In this document: piece by piece, positions 19,326 through 28,442 of the stretch | Layout of the letters: every line of letters starts with the position of its first letter | Numbering within the stretch: the first letter of the stretch is position 1 | Virus record (IMG/VR): IMGVR_UViG_2806310979_000001 | Location: 32,001 to 96,000 of that record | Source: a virus | Lineage: Duplodnaviria > Caudoviricetes | Direction: 5' to 3' (one strand) | Length of the DNA stretch: 64,000 bases | Position numbers and translations under genes: made by a program | The notes under the pieces: generated by a model | The model's input: only the letters and a program-made list of their open reading frames with translations | Told to the model about the DNA's origin: nothing | The model's database searches: none

Positions 19326-20067
19326 CTAGCACCTCACTTTCGTTTGGGACTGGTATCTGCTCCGGTATAGGAGACTGTGTTTTCTTTTTTTCATGGACAT
19401 CAAATACTGCATATCCATCAAAAATATTGATCTGCAGGGCATTTTGATGCTCTTCGACAGGGACTCCGAATTGATTCTGCCACTCAGAAGGATAGCTTGC
19501 AGTTCGGGATACTCTTGGCTTTTCTCCTTCTTTGGAAGTGCGCATGAATATTTCCGGGGTTGTCAGGTCAAAAATGAATAATACTTCATCGCCGGATCGG
19601 ATGAGTTTTCCTAAAAGTTTGTAACGATAGTTAGGATTCCAGTTCATCAAAGAGATAACTTTCGCAAAGAATATCCGGCAGGTGATTTGTTTTGGATTTT
19701 TCTTTTTTCCTGCTGAACACCAACGGAAAGAGTCTTTTTCTTCCTCACGGCATGGCCTTACAGCAAGTTTTTTTTCTTCTGGATTTACGAGTATCTGTAC
19801 ATATTCTACAGAAGGAAGTTTTTTTATACAGGCCATATTTACAGATACTTTGTAATTGTTAAATGTAAAGGAAGGCTCAAATGTATGGGCGAAAAATTCG
19901 CCACGGACAACTTGATATCCATCAAAGCTGAAATCCATATCTTCAATGAGATCAGATTGTCCATCTTTTCCCGGCGTGATAGTTACTGGCAGGGGATTTT
20001 GAGGTTTGCTCATATCTTCGGGAATATTTTGTGCCAGTTCCCATGTGTTTACAGGTGTGTCAGTCAT
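19282..20067 (-). CDS. Hypothetical protein, standalone paralogue of LSR3 C-terminal domain
   Basis: GYQVVRGEFF, LAVRPC, WNPNYRYKLLG, YPSEWQNQFG shared with 20060-21928. Confidence 0.8.
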   Translation of the reverse strand: MTDTPVNTWELAQNIPEDMSKPQNPLPVTITPGKDGQSDLIEDMDFSFDGYQVVRGEFFAHTFEPSFTFNNYKVSVNMACIKKLPSVEYVQILVNPEEKKLAVRPCREEEKDSFRWCSAGKKKNPKQITCRIFFAKVISLMNWNPNYRYKLLGKLIRSGDEVLFIFDLTTPEIFMRTSKEGEKPRVSRTASYPSEWQNQFGVPVEEHQNALQINIFDGYAVFDVHEKKKTQSPIPEQIPVPNESEVLDDESRKSISTHPEY

Positions 20068-21928
20068 TACGATTCTCCTTTATTTCTTCCATAATTTCCA
20101 CGATTCCTTTCGTAAGATCCGCTTTGGACGTGGTATGCAGTTCTGATTCCTTATAGGGTTGTCCTTCAGAGGTGATCTGCCAATTCTTATTATTGGTAAA
20201 AGCAACCAGTTCTCGTGCGTGGGTTTGACTATAATAATTGTTTCCAAAGCTATTCATCCATTCTGCCGGATAGCCGAGGATAGTTTTAGGCGTGGAAGAA
20301 GCCTCTGCTGATTTATTAGGGGAATCTTTGTCTGTTGTTGCAGGTACTTCATTCGGAATGCGTACTTCGGTTTCTTTCATATTAAAAATCAGAACATTTT
20401 CAGATCCCTTTTGATGTGCTACTCCGAGAACACGGTATTTGCAGTTGGGATTCCAACCAAACAATTCATAAAGTGTTGGTAGGAAAGCTGCTCCATATAT
20501 ATAGCGAGGAACCAGAACGCCATTTCGCAGACGCGCCCATTGGACTTTATTTCGATTATCTTCAAGTGTGCAAGGCCGTACAGCGAGAAGATAAGAACTT
20601 GGATGTATCAGCAATTCTACGGTTTTGATTTCTCCAAATTTTCTGAGAGCCTCCGTACTAAAATTTAATTTTTCATAAGACAGAGTTGCTGATATTTTTC
20701 CGGTGGTTTCAAAAAACTGACCATGTGCGATTTCATATCCCCTTAAGTCGAAAGAACCAAGTTGTGCAGTAATGGGGATTGTATCAGAAGGTGTGCTTTC
20801 TGAATCGGATATACTTGATGAAGCGGCACGGTAATCATCTGGTTTGAAGCCGGCCCAACGGGGATTAACTGTGATGAATCCTTTTAATGCTCCATCTGGG
20901 ATTACGTGAAGTTCAGGAAGCAAGGCTTTGTTTCCATATTTAGCATTACTGATTAGTTTTTGAACCGCAATGAAATCGTCTCTTGAAATAATAGCCTCAT
21001 GATGTTCACGTTTTCTATATTGATTACGGTCTTGGTTATTTTTCCGTGACTTATGATCCAGATAATTTGGTGTCCATGTTTTACGGGCAAGAACATCGCC
21101 ACAATGTCTTTCATTTTGTAAAATTTGAAGAATAGAACCGGAAGACCATACTTCATTATTCTTTTTTGTTTTACAGCCAAGTTCCGTAAGTGTGTCAGCA
21201 ATTTCCTGACAGGTATTTCCATTTAAATACATGTAAAAAATCAGTTTTACGATTTTTGCCTCGTGTTCATTAATTTTTAATTCTCCGTTTTCGTCTTGAT
21301 CATATCCAAGCAAAGGTGGTGTCAGGAAAATTCCTCTTCTAAAACGCATCTCAATAGAGGCATTCATGATTTCACTTTTTGTATGACTCTCCTCTTGTGC
21401 AAGGGTAGACATGAAGGAAAGGATCATTTCGCTTTTGGGATCAAGGGTATTTAAATGTTCGGTTTCAAAAAATACACCGACTGGAGGGCGGAGAGAAAGA
21501 AGCTCCCGTACATAGCCGATACAGTCCACCACATTACGGGCAAATCGAGATACGCTTTTTGTGAGGATAAGGTCAATTTTTCCATCTTCGCAGTCTTGTA
21601 CCATCTGTTTGAAGGCTTCTCTATGCTGTAGAGATGTACCGGAAATTCCTTCATCGGCATATATTTTTACGAGATTCCAGTTAGGATTACGATCTACTAC
21701 GTCTTGATAATGATTTTTTTGAAGTTCATATGAGGATGTCTGCCGAGGATCGTCTGTGGAAACTCTGGCATAAACAGCTACCCTTAACATGGAAGATGTT
21801 TTGAATATATCCGGTTTGGGGAGAGCAGGAATGACATCAAGTTCATCTGGATTTATTCCTTTATATCGCTCACGAATGAGAGCTTTCTGCTGTTCGATTG
21901 TTTCAGTTCTTTCTTCATATTCTTTCAT
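20060..21928 (-). CDS. Large serine recombinase 3, no Zn ribbon, atypical C-terminal domain
   Basis: AVYARVST, YADEGISGT, TKSVSRFARN, LLGYD, NERHCGD, HEAIIS; no CxxC after recombinase domain. Confidence 0.93.
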   Translation of the reverse strand: MKEYEERTETIEQQKALIRERYKGINPDELDVIPALPKPDIFKTSSMLRVAVYARVSTDDPRQTSSYELQKNHYQDVVDRNPNWNLVKIYADEGISGTSLQHREAFKQMVQDCEDGKIDLILTKSVSRFARNVVDCIGYVRELLSLRPPVGVFFETEHLNTLDPKSEMILSFMSTLAQEESHTKSEIMNASIEMRFRRGIFLTPPLLGYDQDENGELKINEHEAKIVKLIFYMYLNGNTCQEIADTLTELGCKTKKNNEVWSSGSILQILQNERHCGDVLARKTWTPNYLDHKSRKNNQDRNQYRKREHHEAIISRDDFIAVQKLISNAKYGNKALLPELHVIPDGALKGFITVNPRWAGFKPDDYRAASSSISDSESTPSDTIPITAQLGSFDLRGYEIAHGQFFETTGKISATLSYEKLNFSTEALRKFGEIKTVELLIHPSSYLLAVRPCTLEDNRNKVQWARLRNGVLVPRYIYGAAFLPTLYELFGWNPNCKYRVLGVAHQKGSENVLIFNMKETEVRIPNEVPATTDKDSPNKSAEASSTPKTILGYPAEWMNSFGNNYYSQTHARELVAFTNNKNWQITSEGQPYKESELHTTSKADLTKGIVEIMEEIKENRND

Positions 21929-22052
21929 AGGTCATCAATTCCTTGTATTGCGATTTATTCTCATTATAATTTTTTTGTGAAAAAAAGACATAAACCACCA
22001 GTTAATCAAATAACGGATGGTTTATATAAAGTGAAATGGATTTGTGATTCAA

Positions 22053-22442
22053 TTATAGGTCTTTTAAATTGTTATCTTTTAGAAGTATTGTTTCAATTAA
22101 AGACCAATCATTGCTCCGAAGAATATCCTTTACTGCGGAAAGAATCAGATAGATGAAGCGTTTTTCGTTTTTGGAACAGTCTGCCATAAGTAAGTCAATA
22201 TCTGTTTGATATTCTGTAGGATTGTAAAGCAGATTTCCATAGAGCAGTTCATCCAACGTAATTCCCAGTGCATTGCAGATTTTGATAAGAGATTCTAAAC
22301 TGGGTTTCCGCTTGGCATTTTCAATGTAGCTGATATAGACAGAAGATAAATTTGCCAGTTCAGCTAATTCTTCCGCAGAGATTCCTTGCTGATTTCGGGT
22401 TTCTTTGATGCGGATACCAATTAATGAATAGTTTATAGGCAT
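22053..22442 (-). CDS. XRE-family HTH regulator upstream of LSR3 operon
   Basis: IGIRIKETR..GISAEELAE...YISYIENAKRKPSL; RBS AAGGAGGTGA. Confidence 0.9.
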   Translation of the reverse strand: MPINYSLIGIRIKETRNQQGISAEELAELANLSSVYISYIENAKRKPSLESLIKICNALGITLDELLYGNLLYNPTEYQTDIDLLMADCSKNEKRFIYLILSAVKDILRSNDWSLIETILLKDNNLKDL

Positions 22443-22661
22443 GTTATCACCTCCTTTCGCCGTTTGAGCAAGTTCTATTTGGAAATCTGCTCCCGGCTTT
22501 TAAAGGTGAATTGTACAAAAGTACATACTACACTAAAGAGGAGTATAGCACATGTTAAAAATAACGAGAAGATGTCGGAATAAAGGGAATTTCGTCGATG
22601 GATTTTTATTGCGGAATTTGTCTTCAAATGGTATTATCGTAGCGAAAGGAAGGTGGAATAA

Positions 22662-22874
22662 TTGTCAGAATATGAAGAAGAAATGCTTTTGAAAGAGCTT
22701 CAAAAATGTGGATTACATTTAAGAAAGTTAAAGGAGAAGTTATACCGCTACTGCGAAAAAAGAGTCTTTGTAAAAGGTTCGACAATTTTAAAGATGTATG
22801 CTAAAATTGAAGAAACTCAAAGAGAGTATAACAGACTGGATAATCGTCTGATAGAACTGGAGAATGCACAATAG
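22662..22874 (+). CDS. Small helical hypothetical protein
   Basis: RBS AAGGAAGGTG before TTG; 70 aa coiled-coil-like. Confidence 0.55.
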   Translation: MSEYEEEMLLKELQKCGLHLRKLKEKLYRYCEKRVFVKGSTILKMYAKIEETQREYNRLDNRLIELENAQ

Positions 22875-23000
22875 CATCTTATTTTTTTACCTATATAGTC
22901 AAGTGTAGTTGAGTAAATACTAAAGAAGTATGGTTCTAATAAATCTTTCGATTTACGTTTAAAATGAAAGTAACGTATATCGGAAGAGAGGTGTATTTAC

Positions 23001-23321
23001 TTGTGTGCAGAGGACTACATAGCTGATCGTCTTGTTGATTTATGTGAAAAGCGTGGATTGACAAAGTATCGTCTTGCTCAACTGACCGGAATGTCCCAAA
23101 CTGCAATTGGAAGCATAATATCAAAAGAGAGTATTCCGACCATACCAACTCTTGAAAAGTTATGCAGTGCCTTCGGCATTACATTAGCGCAGTTTTTTTC
23201 GAATGAGGAGAGTCATCCAAATTTGACAGAGACTCAAAGAGAAATCCTTATGATATGGGATTCGTTGGATGTTGAGGAACGGAAGGTATTCATGACAATG
23301 ATTCGTGGACTGAAGAAATAA
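23001..23321 (+). CDS. XRE-family HTH regulator (copy A)
   Basis: KYRLAQLTGMSQTAI...PTIPTLEKLCSAFGITLAQFF. Confidence 0.9.
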   Translation: MCAEDYIADRLVDLCEKRGLTKYRLAQLTGMSQTAIGSIISKESIPTIPTLEKLCSAFGITLAQFFSNEESHPNLTETQREILMIWDSLDVEERKVFMTMIRGLKK

Positions 23322-23323
23322 GA

Positions 23324-23363
23324 GGGACAGTTCTAAGAAAATATTGGACTGTTTCTTTTTTTA
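23324..23363 (+). terminator. Intrinsic terminator
   Basis: GGACAGTTC...GGACTGTTTC-TTTTTT. Confidence 0.7.
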
Positions 23364-23554
23364 TACGAAAGCGAAACAGGATAGCGATTATTGAATTAAG
23401 AAGAACGATATACTTATGAACCATCCGTATAATTTTTTTTGTACTAATACTAATCTATAAGTTAGTAAAATACTAAACTATTACGGTTCTAATCAAACCT
23501 CTGATAACGGGATAAAATAAATACATCTAGTATCAGAGGAGAGGTGTAGATTAC

Positions 23555-23878
23555 TTGCTTACAGAAGACTATGTTGCATTGAGGATTATTGAGTTGTGTG
23601 AAAAGCATAAAATTTCAAGATACCGTCTCTCTCAATTGACTGGAATGTCACAGACAGCATTGGGGAAAATTGTTTCAAAAGAAAGTATCCCAACGATTCC
23701 AACTATAGAAAAGATATGTGATGCATTTGGAATTACGCTGGCACAGTTTTTTACCAAAGACGGAATCCGCCCTGACTTATCAGCAGGTCAACTGGAACTG
23801 GTAGAAACTTGGGAGTATTTGGATGATAAAGAGAGGGAGATATTACTTACCTTCGTGCGGAGTTTACAGAAAAAGTAG
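23555..23878 (+). CDS. XRE-family HTH regulator (copy B)
   Basis: RYRLSQLTGMSQTAL...PTIPTIEKICDAFGITLAQFF; close paralogue of copy A. Confidence 0.9.
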   Translation: MLTEDYVALRIIELCEKHKISRYRLSQLTGMSQTALGKIVSKESIPTIPTIEKICDAFGITLAQFFTKDGIRPDLSAGQLELVETWEYLDDKEREILLTFVRSLQKK

Positions 23879-23919
23879 GACAGTTCATAAGTGAAAACAC
23901 TATGGGCTGTTCTTTTTTT
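23878..23919 (+). terminator. Intrinsic terminator
   Basis: GGACAGTTCATA...TATGGGCTGTTC-TTTTTTT. Confidence 0.7.
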
Positions 23920-23939
23920 GCCCTGAAAGGTAGGAGTTT

Positions 23940-24626
23940 ATGAAAAAATTAGTAATTCCGTTACTATTGGCATCAATGTGTGTGTTGTCTGGATGTACAG
24001 AAAAAGCAACCCAATCCGATTTTAAGGATAGAGTTCTTTCTGAAAGCATAGAAGAAAAAGATTATAGTATTCAGGTTGATTCTGAATTAAAAGGAGACTG
24101 TTACATTTGTGGTGACAATGAAAATAGTTTAATGCCATATTTCAAAAAAAGTGGAATGATAGGATTGGTGTGCCTTAATACAATGGATATTAGCAATTTG
24201 GATACGAGAGCTTATTCTGATGACGGTACAGAAGTTCTGGAGAACGGTACAATGGGGATTATGACAAGTGGACATGGTGATGGAGAATGTATGTTCCATA
24301 TTTCTGGTATGCCGGGACGAGGGATATTCGAAGCAAGTGTTACTTATGACGATGGTAGTGGATTGGACTTTGATAAGGCAAAGCAATTTCTATGTCAAAA
24401 ATGTTTAGACAAAGTGTGTGAGATGTACAAAGAAGAAATGGAGTGGAGTGATGGGAATGGCAGACTTCCTGAAGTATTTATTGTTGATTTCGCAACAAAT
24501 GAATTATATGCGATAGGTAACCATAGGGTAGGATTTTGGATCAGAGATTTTTGGATTAGAGTAGATCACAAAGAAAATGAAGAAGAAATTATGGCTATCT
24601 ATGCACCGGAAGGAAAGATGGAATAA
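23940..24626 (+). CDS. Putative lipoprotein of unknown function
   Basis: MKK, hydrophobic stretch, lipobox LSGC; CYIC and CQKC motifs. Confidence 0.8.
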   Translation: MKKLVIPLLLASMCVLSGCTEKATQSDFKDRVLSESIEEKDYSIQVDSELKGDCYICGDNENSLMPYFKKSGMIGLVCLNTMDISNLDTRAYSDDGTEVLENGTMGIMTSGHGDGECMFHISGMPGRGIFEASVTYDDGSGLDFDKAKQFLCQKCLDKVCEMYKEEMEWSDGNGRLPEVFIVDFATNELYAIGNHRVGFWIRDFWIRVDHKENEEEIMAIYAPEGKME

Positions 24627-24630
24627 AGCG

Positions 24631-24674
24631 TTTACCCCCTTATCCCCCTTTTGAAAGTGGGGTAAGGGGGTAAA
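24631..24674. repeat. Strong GC-rich inverted repeat (possible bidirectional terminator)
   Basis: TTTACCCCCTTATCCC ... GGGGTAAGGGGGTAAA. Confidence 0.75.
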
Positions 24675-24982
24675 ATTCTTTCTATATAAAAGAGTTTCTT
24701 TATAATGTGTACCGAGAGTGAGGTTAAACGGGTGTTAAGACTCTAAAGTTGGATATCCCCCTAGTGCCTGAAACCCGCATAAACTGGGCATTTGTGTCTC
24801 TACATATCGCTATAATTTACATTCTAAAACTGTGCTTAGACGAGGAAATTATTCCCCGTTGTCGTTTCCCTTATTCAAGGGGGTATTTCAAAAAATGTAT
24901 AAATTAGCAAAAGAAGCAATCATTCAGCGTAAGTCAATCTTACTGCAAAAGTCTAATAAATCAGCAAAAGGAGAAGAAGCCT

Positions 24983-25174
24983 ATGGCATATAAAAAATAT
25001 AGAGAAATGAAGGTTTATGAAGCAAGTGGATACCAGTATAAGCGGACACCGAGTATTGTACTTAAAGGGCAGTGGCTGTCGGAGTTGGGATTTGACATCG
25101 GAGAGCAGATTGAGGTGAAGTGTGAAGATGGGAGATTGATTATAACTAAAGCAAACGAAATATGGTGTGAATGA
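24983..25174 (+). CDS. SymE-family type I toxin
   Basis: PSIVLKGQWLSELGFDIGEQIEV....GRLII, AbrB-fold SymE signature. Confidence 0.85.
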   Translation: MAYKKYREMKVYEASGYQYKRTPSIVLKGQWLSELGFDIGEQIEVKCEDGRLIITKANEIWCE

Positions 25175-25205
25175 ATCGAATTATGATGTTGACAATGTCT
25201 GATGT

Positions 25206-25270
25206 AAAACAACGCAAAACAACGTCAAACAATATAAAAAGTTGAAAAAAGGAATTTGTAATGTTATAAT
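25206..25270 (+). promoter_or_regulatory. RM operon promoter with three phased 10-bp direct repeats
   Basis: AAAACAACGC/AAAACAACGT/CAAACAATAT then TTGAAA-N17-TATAAT with extended TG. Confidence 0.7.
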
Positions 25271-25314
25271 CCAATCTGTACTTTATTGGCCTTTTGTAAA
25301 AGAGGAGAAGATAA

Positions 25315-25500
25315 ATGGATAATAAAATTGATAATTATATAGGATTAGAGGAAACGGCTAACTACTTAGGCGTAAGACCGGCAACGGTTAGAAATTGGAT
25401 AAAAACTAAAGATTTGCCAGCACATAGAATTGGTAAACTATGGAAGTTTAAGCGCACGGAAATCGATGAATGGGTCGATAGTGGAAAAAGTGCAAACTAA
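25315..25500 (+). CDS. Excisionase-like HTH_17 protein, probable RM controller
   Basis: LEETANYLGVRPATVRNWI...LPAHRIGKLWKFKRTEIDEW; first gene of RM operon. Confidence 0.85.
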   Translation: MDNKIDNYIGLEETANYLGVRPATVRNWIKTKDLPAHRIGKLWKFKRTEIDEWVDSGKSAN

Positions 25501-25524
25501 AATTATTTTGAGGTGAACTCATAA

Positions 25525-26631
25525 ATGAAAAGATATCAATATATAGATTTATTTTGCGGTTGTGGCGGATTAAGCCTTGGATTTGAGCAAGCAGGTTTTA
25601 TTCCTAGGGCTGGAATTGATTTTAAAGAGTCAGCAATAAATACTTACAGGAAACATTTTAAGAATGCAAAAGCGATTTGCGTAGATATTTCATCAATGGA
25701 TGAGGAAAGAATAAAGAAAGAATTAGGGGATTTAAGTAAAATCGATGTTATAATCGGGGGACCGCCTTGTCAGGGGTTTTCAAATGCAAATAAAAATTTT
25801 GTAGAAGAGGATGATCCAAGGAATAAATTATTTTTTGAATTTATGAAATTTGTTGACTTGGCACAACCTAGTGTTGTGGTCATAGAAAATGTACCGCAAA
25901 TTATTACAAAGAATAATGGCTATGCAAAGAAACGAATTACAGAAATTTTTGAAGAGCGTAAGTATAATGTAATCAATGCTATACTAGATGCGTCAGATTA
26001 TGGAGTTCCACAAAAAAGAATGAGGAATTTCTTTATCATAACAAAAGGAGTTTCTTTTGATGTTAGTAGAATAGTAAAAAATCATGAAAAAATAACGGTA
26101 AAAGAAGCGATTGGCGAGTTATATGAGTTCGAAAATCAAGATAAGAATTCGGAGGTTGTTTTAAAATATCCTCCTGTAACAGAATATCAACGCTACTTAC
26201 GGGCGAGTGATGGAATAGTAAAAAATCATGATATCCATTACCCAGCAGAAATTCAACAAAAACGTATTTCATATGTACCACAAGGGGGAAATTGGAAAGA
26301 CGTACCAGAAGAATTGTGGGAGACAAAGCGAACACAAAAGACAGGTAGAAAAAATCGGCATTCATCAGCATACAAAAGATTAAAGGAAGATGATGTATCA
26401 GTTACAATTGATGCTGGAAATCAGCATAGTAACTATTATCATCCAATTTATAATAGAATACCTACAGTGCGGGAAGCAGCAAGAATACAATCTTTTCCGG
26501 ATGATTTTGTTTTCGAGGGAACAATGACAGAGCAATATTTGCAAGTTGGTAATGCGGTACCACCGCTTTTGGCAAAATGTATTGCGATGGCGATAAAGGA
26601 GCATTTACAGAATGAAGAAGAAAATAATTGA
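25525..26631 (+). CDS. DNA cytosine-5 methyltransferase M1
   Basis: DLFCGCGG, GGPPCQGFS, ENV, YGVPQKR.R, REAARIQSFPD, QVGNAVPP. Confidence 0.96.
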   Translation: MKRYQYIDLFCGCGGLSLGFEQAGFIPRAGIDFKESAINTYRKHFKNAKAICVDISSMDEERIKKELGDLSKIDVIIGGPPCQGFSNANKNFVEEDDPRNKLFFEFMKFVDLAQPSVVVIENVPQIITKNNGYAKKRITEIFEERKYNVINAILDASDYGVPQKRMRNFFIITKGVSFDVSRIVKNHEKITVKEAIGELYEFENQDKNSEVVLKYPPVTEYQRYLRASDGIVKNHDIHYPAEIQQKRISYVPQGGNWKDVPEELWETKRTQKTGRKNRHSSAYKRLKEDDVSVTIDAGNQHSNYYHPIYNRIPTVREAARIQSFPDDFVFEGTMTEQYLQVGNAVPPLLAKCIAMAIKEHLQNEEENN

Positions 26632-27649
26632 TTTATTTTGTGGTTGTGGAGGACTGAGTTTAGGCTTTGAACAAGCTGGCTTTGAAGTAGCATATGCAAT
26701 CGATATGTGGGATAAAGCCATAATGACTTATAATCATAATCATAAAAATAAGGTGGCAGAATGTAAAGATATACACGAACTGACAGATGAATATTTACAA
26801 CAATTAAATGCGAATGAGAAAATTGTTGGGGTTATTGGAGGACCGCCTTGTCAAGGGTTTAGTAAGGTCGGCACAAGAGATATAAATGATCCTAGAAATC
26901 ATTTATATTTAGAATATTGCAGAGTTGTAAAAACAATATCACCAGATTTTTTTGTGTTAGAAAATGTAGGAGGATTATTAACACTCTGCAAAGGCATGTT
27001 TAAAAATGATATTATTAATAGATTTAGTGAACTTGGATATAATGTTGTTTCCCAGGAAGTCTGCGCAGCAGATTATGGCGTTCCACAAAATAGACATCGA
27101 GTGTTTTTTGTCGGAATGAAAAAAGGAAATTTTTCCTTTCCAGAGAAAAAACACAAAATAATCACGAGTAAAGATGCTATTAGCGATTTACTGCCATTAA
27201 CGATGGAAGACGGTCTTGACGAAATGCATGGGTATGCATGCGCACCACAGAATGCATATCAGAAAAAGATGCGTGGAAATCAAAATATTGTTGCAAATCA
27301 TCAGATTACAGTTCATACACAAAAGACTATTGATATTATTAGTATGGTGCCAGACGGAGGAACAATTTATGATTTGCCAGATGAGTATTGGAATGTAAGA
27401 AAATACAGAAAAGGATTTGAAAGAATGCCAAGTTTGAAACCATGCCATACTGTAGATACTGGGCATAGAAATTATTTCCATTATTCGGAAAATCGCATTC
27501 CAACAGCTCGTGAAAATGCTAGATTACAATCATTTCCAGATAATTATGTCTTTTTAGGGACTAAAACAGATCAATATAAGGAGATTGGAAATGCAGTTCC
27601 ACCAATGTTGGCGTATAATATAGCCAAGGCAATTAGAGAACAGTTATAG
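26612..27649 (+). CDS. DNA cytosine-5 methyltransferase M2
   Basis: DLFCGCGG, GGPPCQGFS, ENV, YGVPQNRHR, RENARLQSFPD, IGNAVPP. Confidence 0.96.
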   Translation: MKKKIIDLFCGCGGLSLGFEQAGFEVAYAIDMWDKAIMTYNHNHKNKVAECKDIHELTDEYLQQLNANEKIVGVIGGPPCQGFSKVGTRDINDPRNHLYLEYCRVVKTISPDFFVLENVGGLLTLCKGMFKNDIINRFSELGYNVVSQEVCAADYGVPQNRHRVFFVGMKKGNFSFPEKKHKIITSKDAISDLLPLTMEDGLDEMHGYACAPQNAYQKKMRGNQNIVANHQITVHTQKTIDIISMVPDGGTIYDLPDEYWNVRKYRKGFERMPSLKPCHTVDTGHRNYFHYSENRIPTARENARLQSFPDNYVFLGTKTDQYKEIGNAVPPMLAYNIAKAIREQL

Positions 27650-27659
27650 GAGGTGCGAT

Positions 27660-28442
27660 ATGGATATATTGGTCTCTAGTCCGGGATCGCCCGGAACCAA
27701 TTTTACTGAAAATGTAAAGGAGCAAATATTACTTATTAGTGATGAACTAGACAAAAATGATGATTTTGCTTCTTTGATGGAGTTAAAAAAGCATTTAGAA
27801 AACTGTGGATTGAATCAAAATTATGTACGAAATATTTTGCCTTTTTTACAGAATTGCGGAATAGTAAAATATGATAATATAGATACATTCAAGAATAGTG
27901 AAATAGTGACCAATATAGGTCGAGCATACGTTGACGTCTTAAAGAGCATAAAGATTGCAAGGAACGAAGAAAAAAGCGAGATTAGAGATGACATTTTGGA
28001 AATGCTTGATAAAATTCAGCAGACGATATATTTTCAATGTCTTACGATTATGATGAAAAATCCTGATTGCAATTATGGTATTGATTTTTTGGATGTGTTA
28101 AGATTTGTTGATATGTATGGTCATATTGATTTAAACGAATATATGCTTATCTTGTACGAAAGAGAAAAAAATGGACATGATTATCTGCGTGATCTACAAG
28201 ATGTAGTTAAAAAATATCGAAATAAAGAAATTGAAATTCATGTAAAGACAAAAACCAAAAATGCTATGGAAGGCGATGGGAAATCTAAGAGCGTAAATTC
28301 ATTTCCATATGTCACAGGAAATTTCTGTAAATCAGGTATCATGAAAAAAATAGATGGAAAGTTTTATTTTGAGGAAAATAGAATTAAGGAAATTGAAAAT
28401 ACAATTGAGGAGGTGGCAAAATGTCGGAATTTAGTGAGGTAG
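27660..28442 (+). CDS. Hypothetical; candidate standalone DNA-recognition subunit (R1) of the restriction complex
   Basis: Lies between MTases and an McrB lacking an N-terminal specificity domain; overlaps McrB start; function inferred from position. Confidence 0.55.
   Translation: MDILVSSPGSPGTNFTENVKEQILLISDELDKNDDFASLMELKKHLENCGLNQNYVRNILPFLQNCGIVKYDNIDTFKNSEIVTNIGRAYVDVLKSIKIARNEEKSEIRDDILEMLDKIQQTIYFQCLTIMMKNPDCNYGIDFLDVLRFVDMYGHIDLNEYMLILYEREKNGHDYLRDLQDVVKKYRNKEIEIHVKTKTKNAMEGDGKSKSVNSFPYVTGNFCKSGIMKKIDGKFYFEENRIKEIENTIEEVAKCRNLVR

Noticed and set aside
22662-22874. Spo0E-like phosphatase under Spo0A control
   Set aside because: Helical size fits, but the SQELD signature is absent and nearby 0A-box matches are imperfect
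25315-25500. Excisionase for the recombinases
   Set aside because: Xis-like fold, but it heads the RM operon, and HTH_17 excisionases normally partner tyrosine integrases, none of which is present
25525-27649. Assigning a recognition sequence (e.g. LlaJI GACGC or BsuMI CTCGAG)
   Set aside because: TRD specificity cannot be determined without alignment or methylome data
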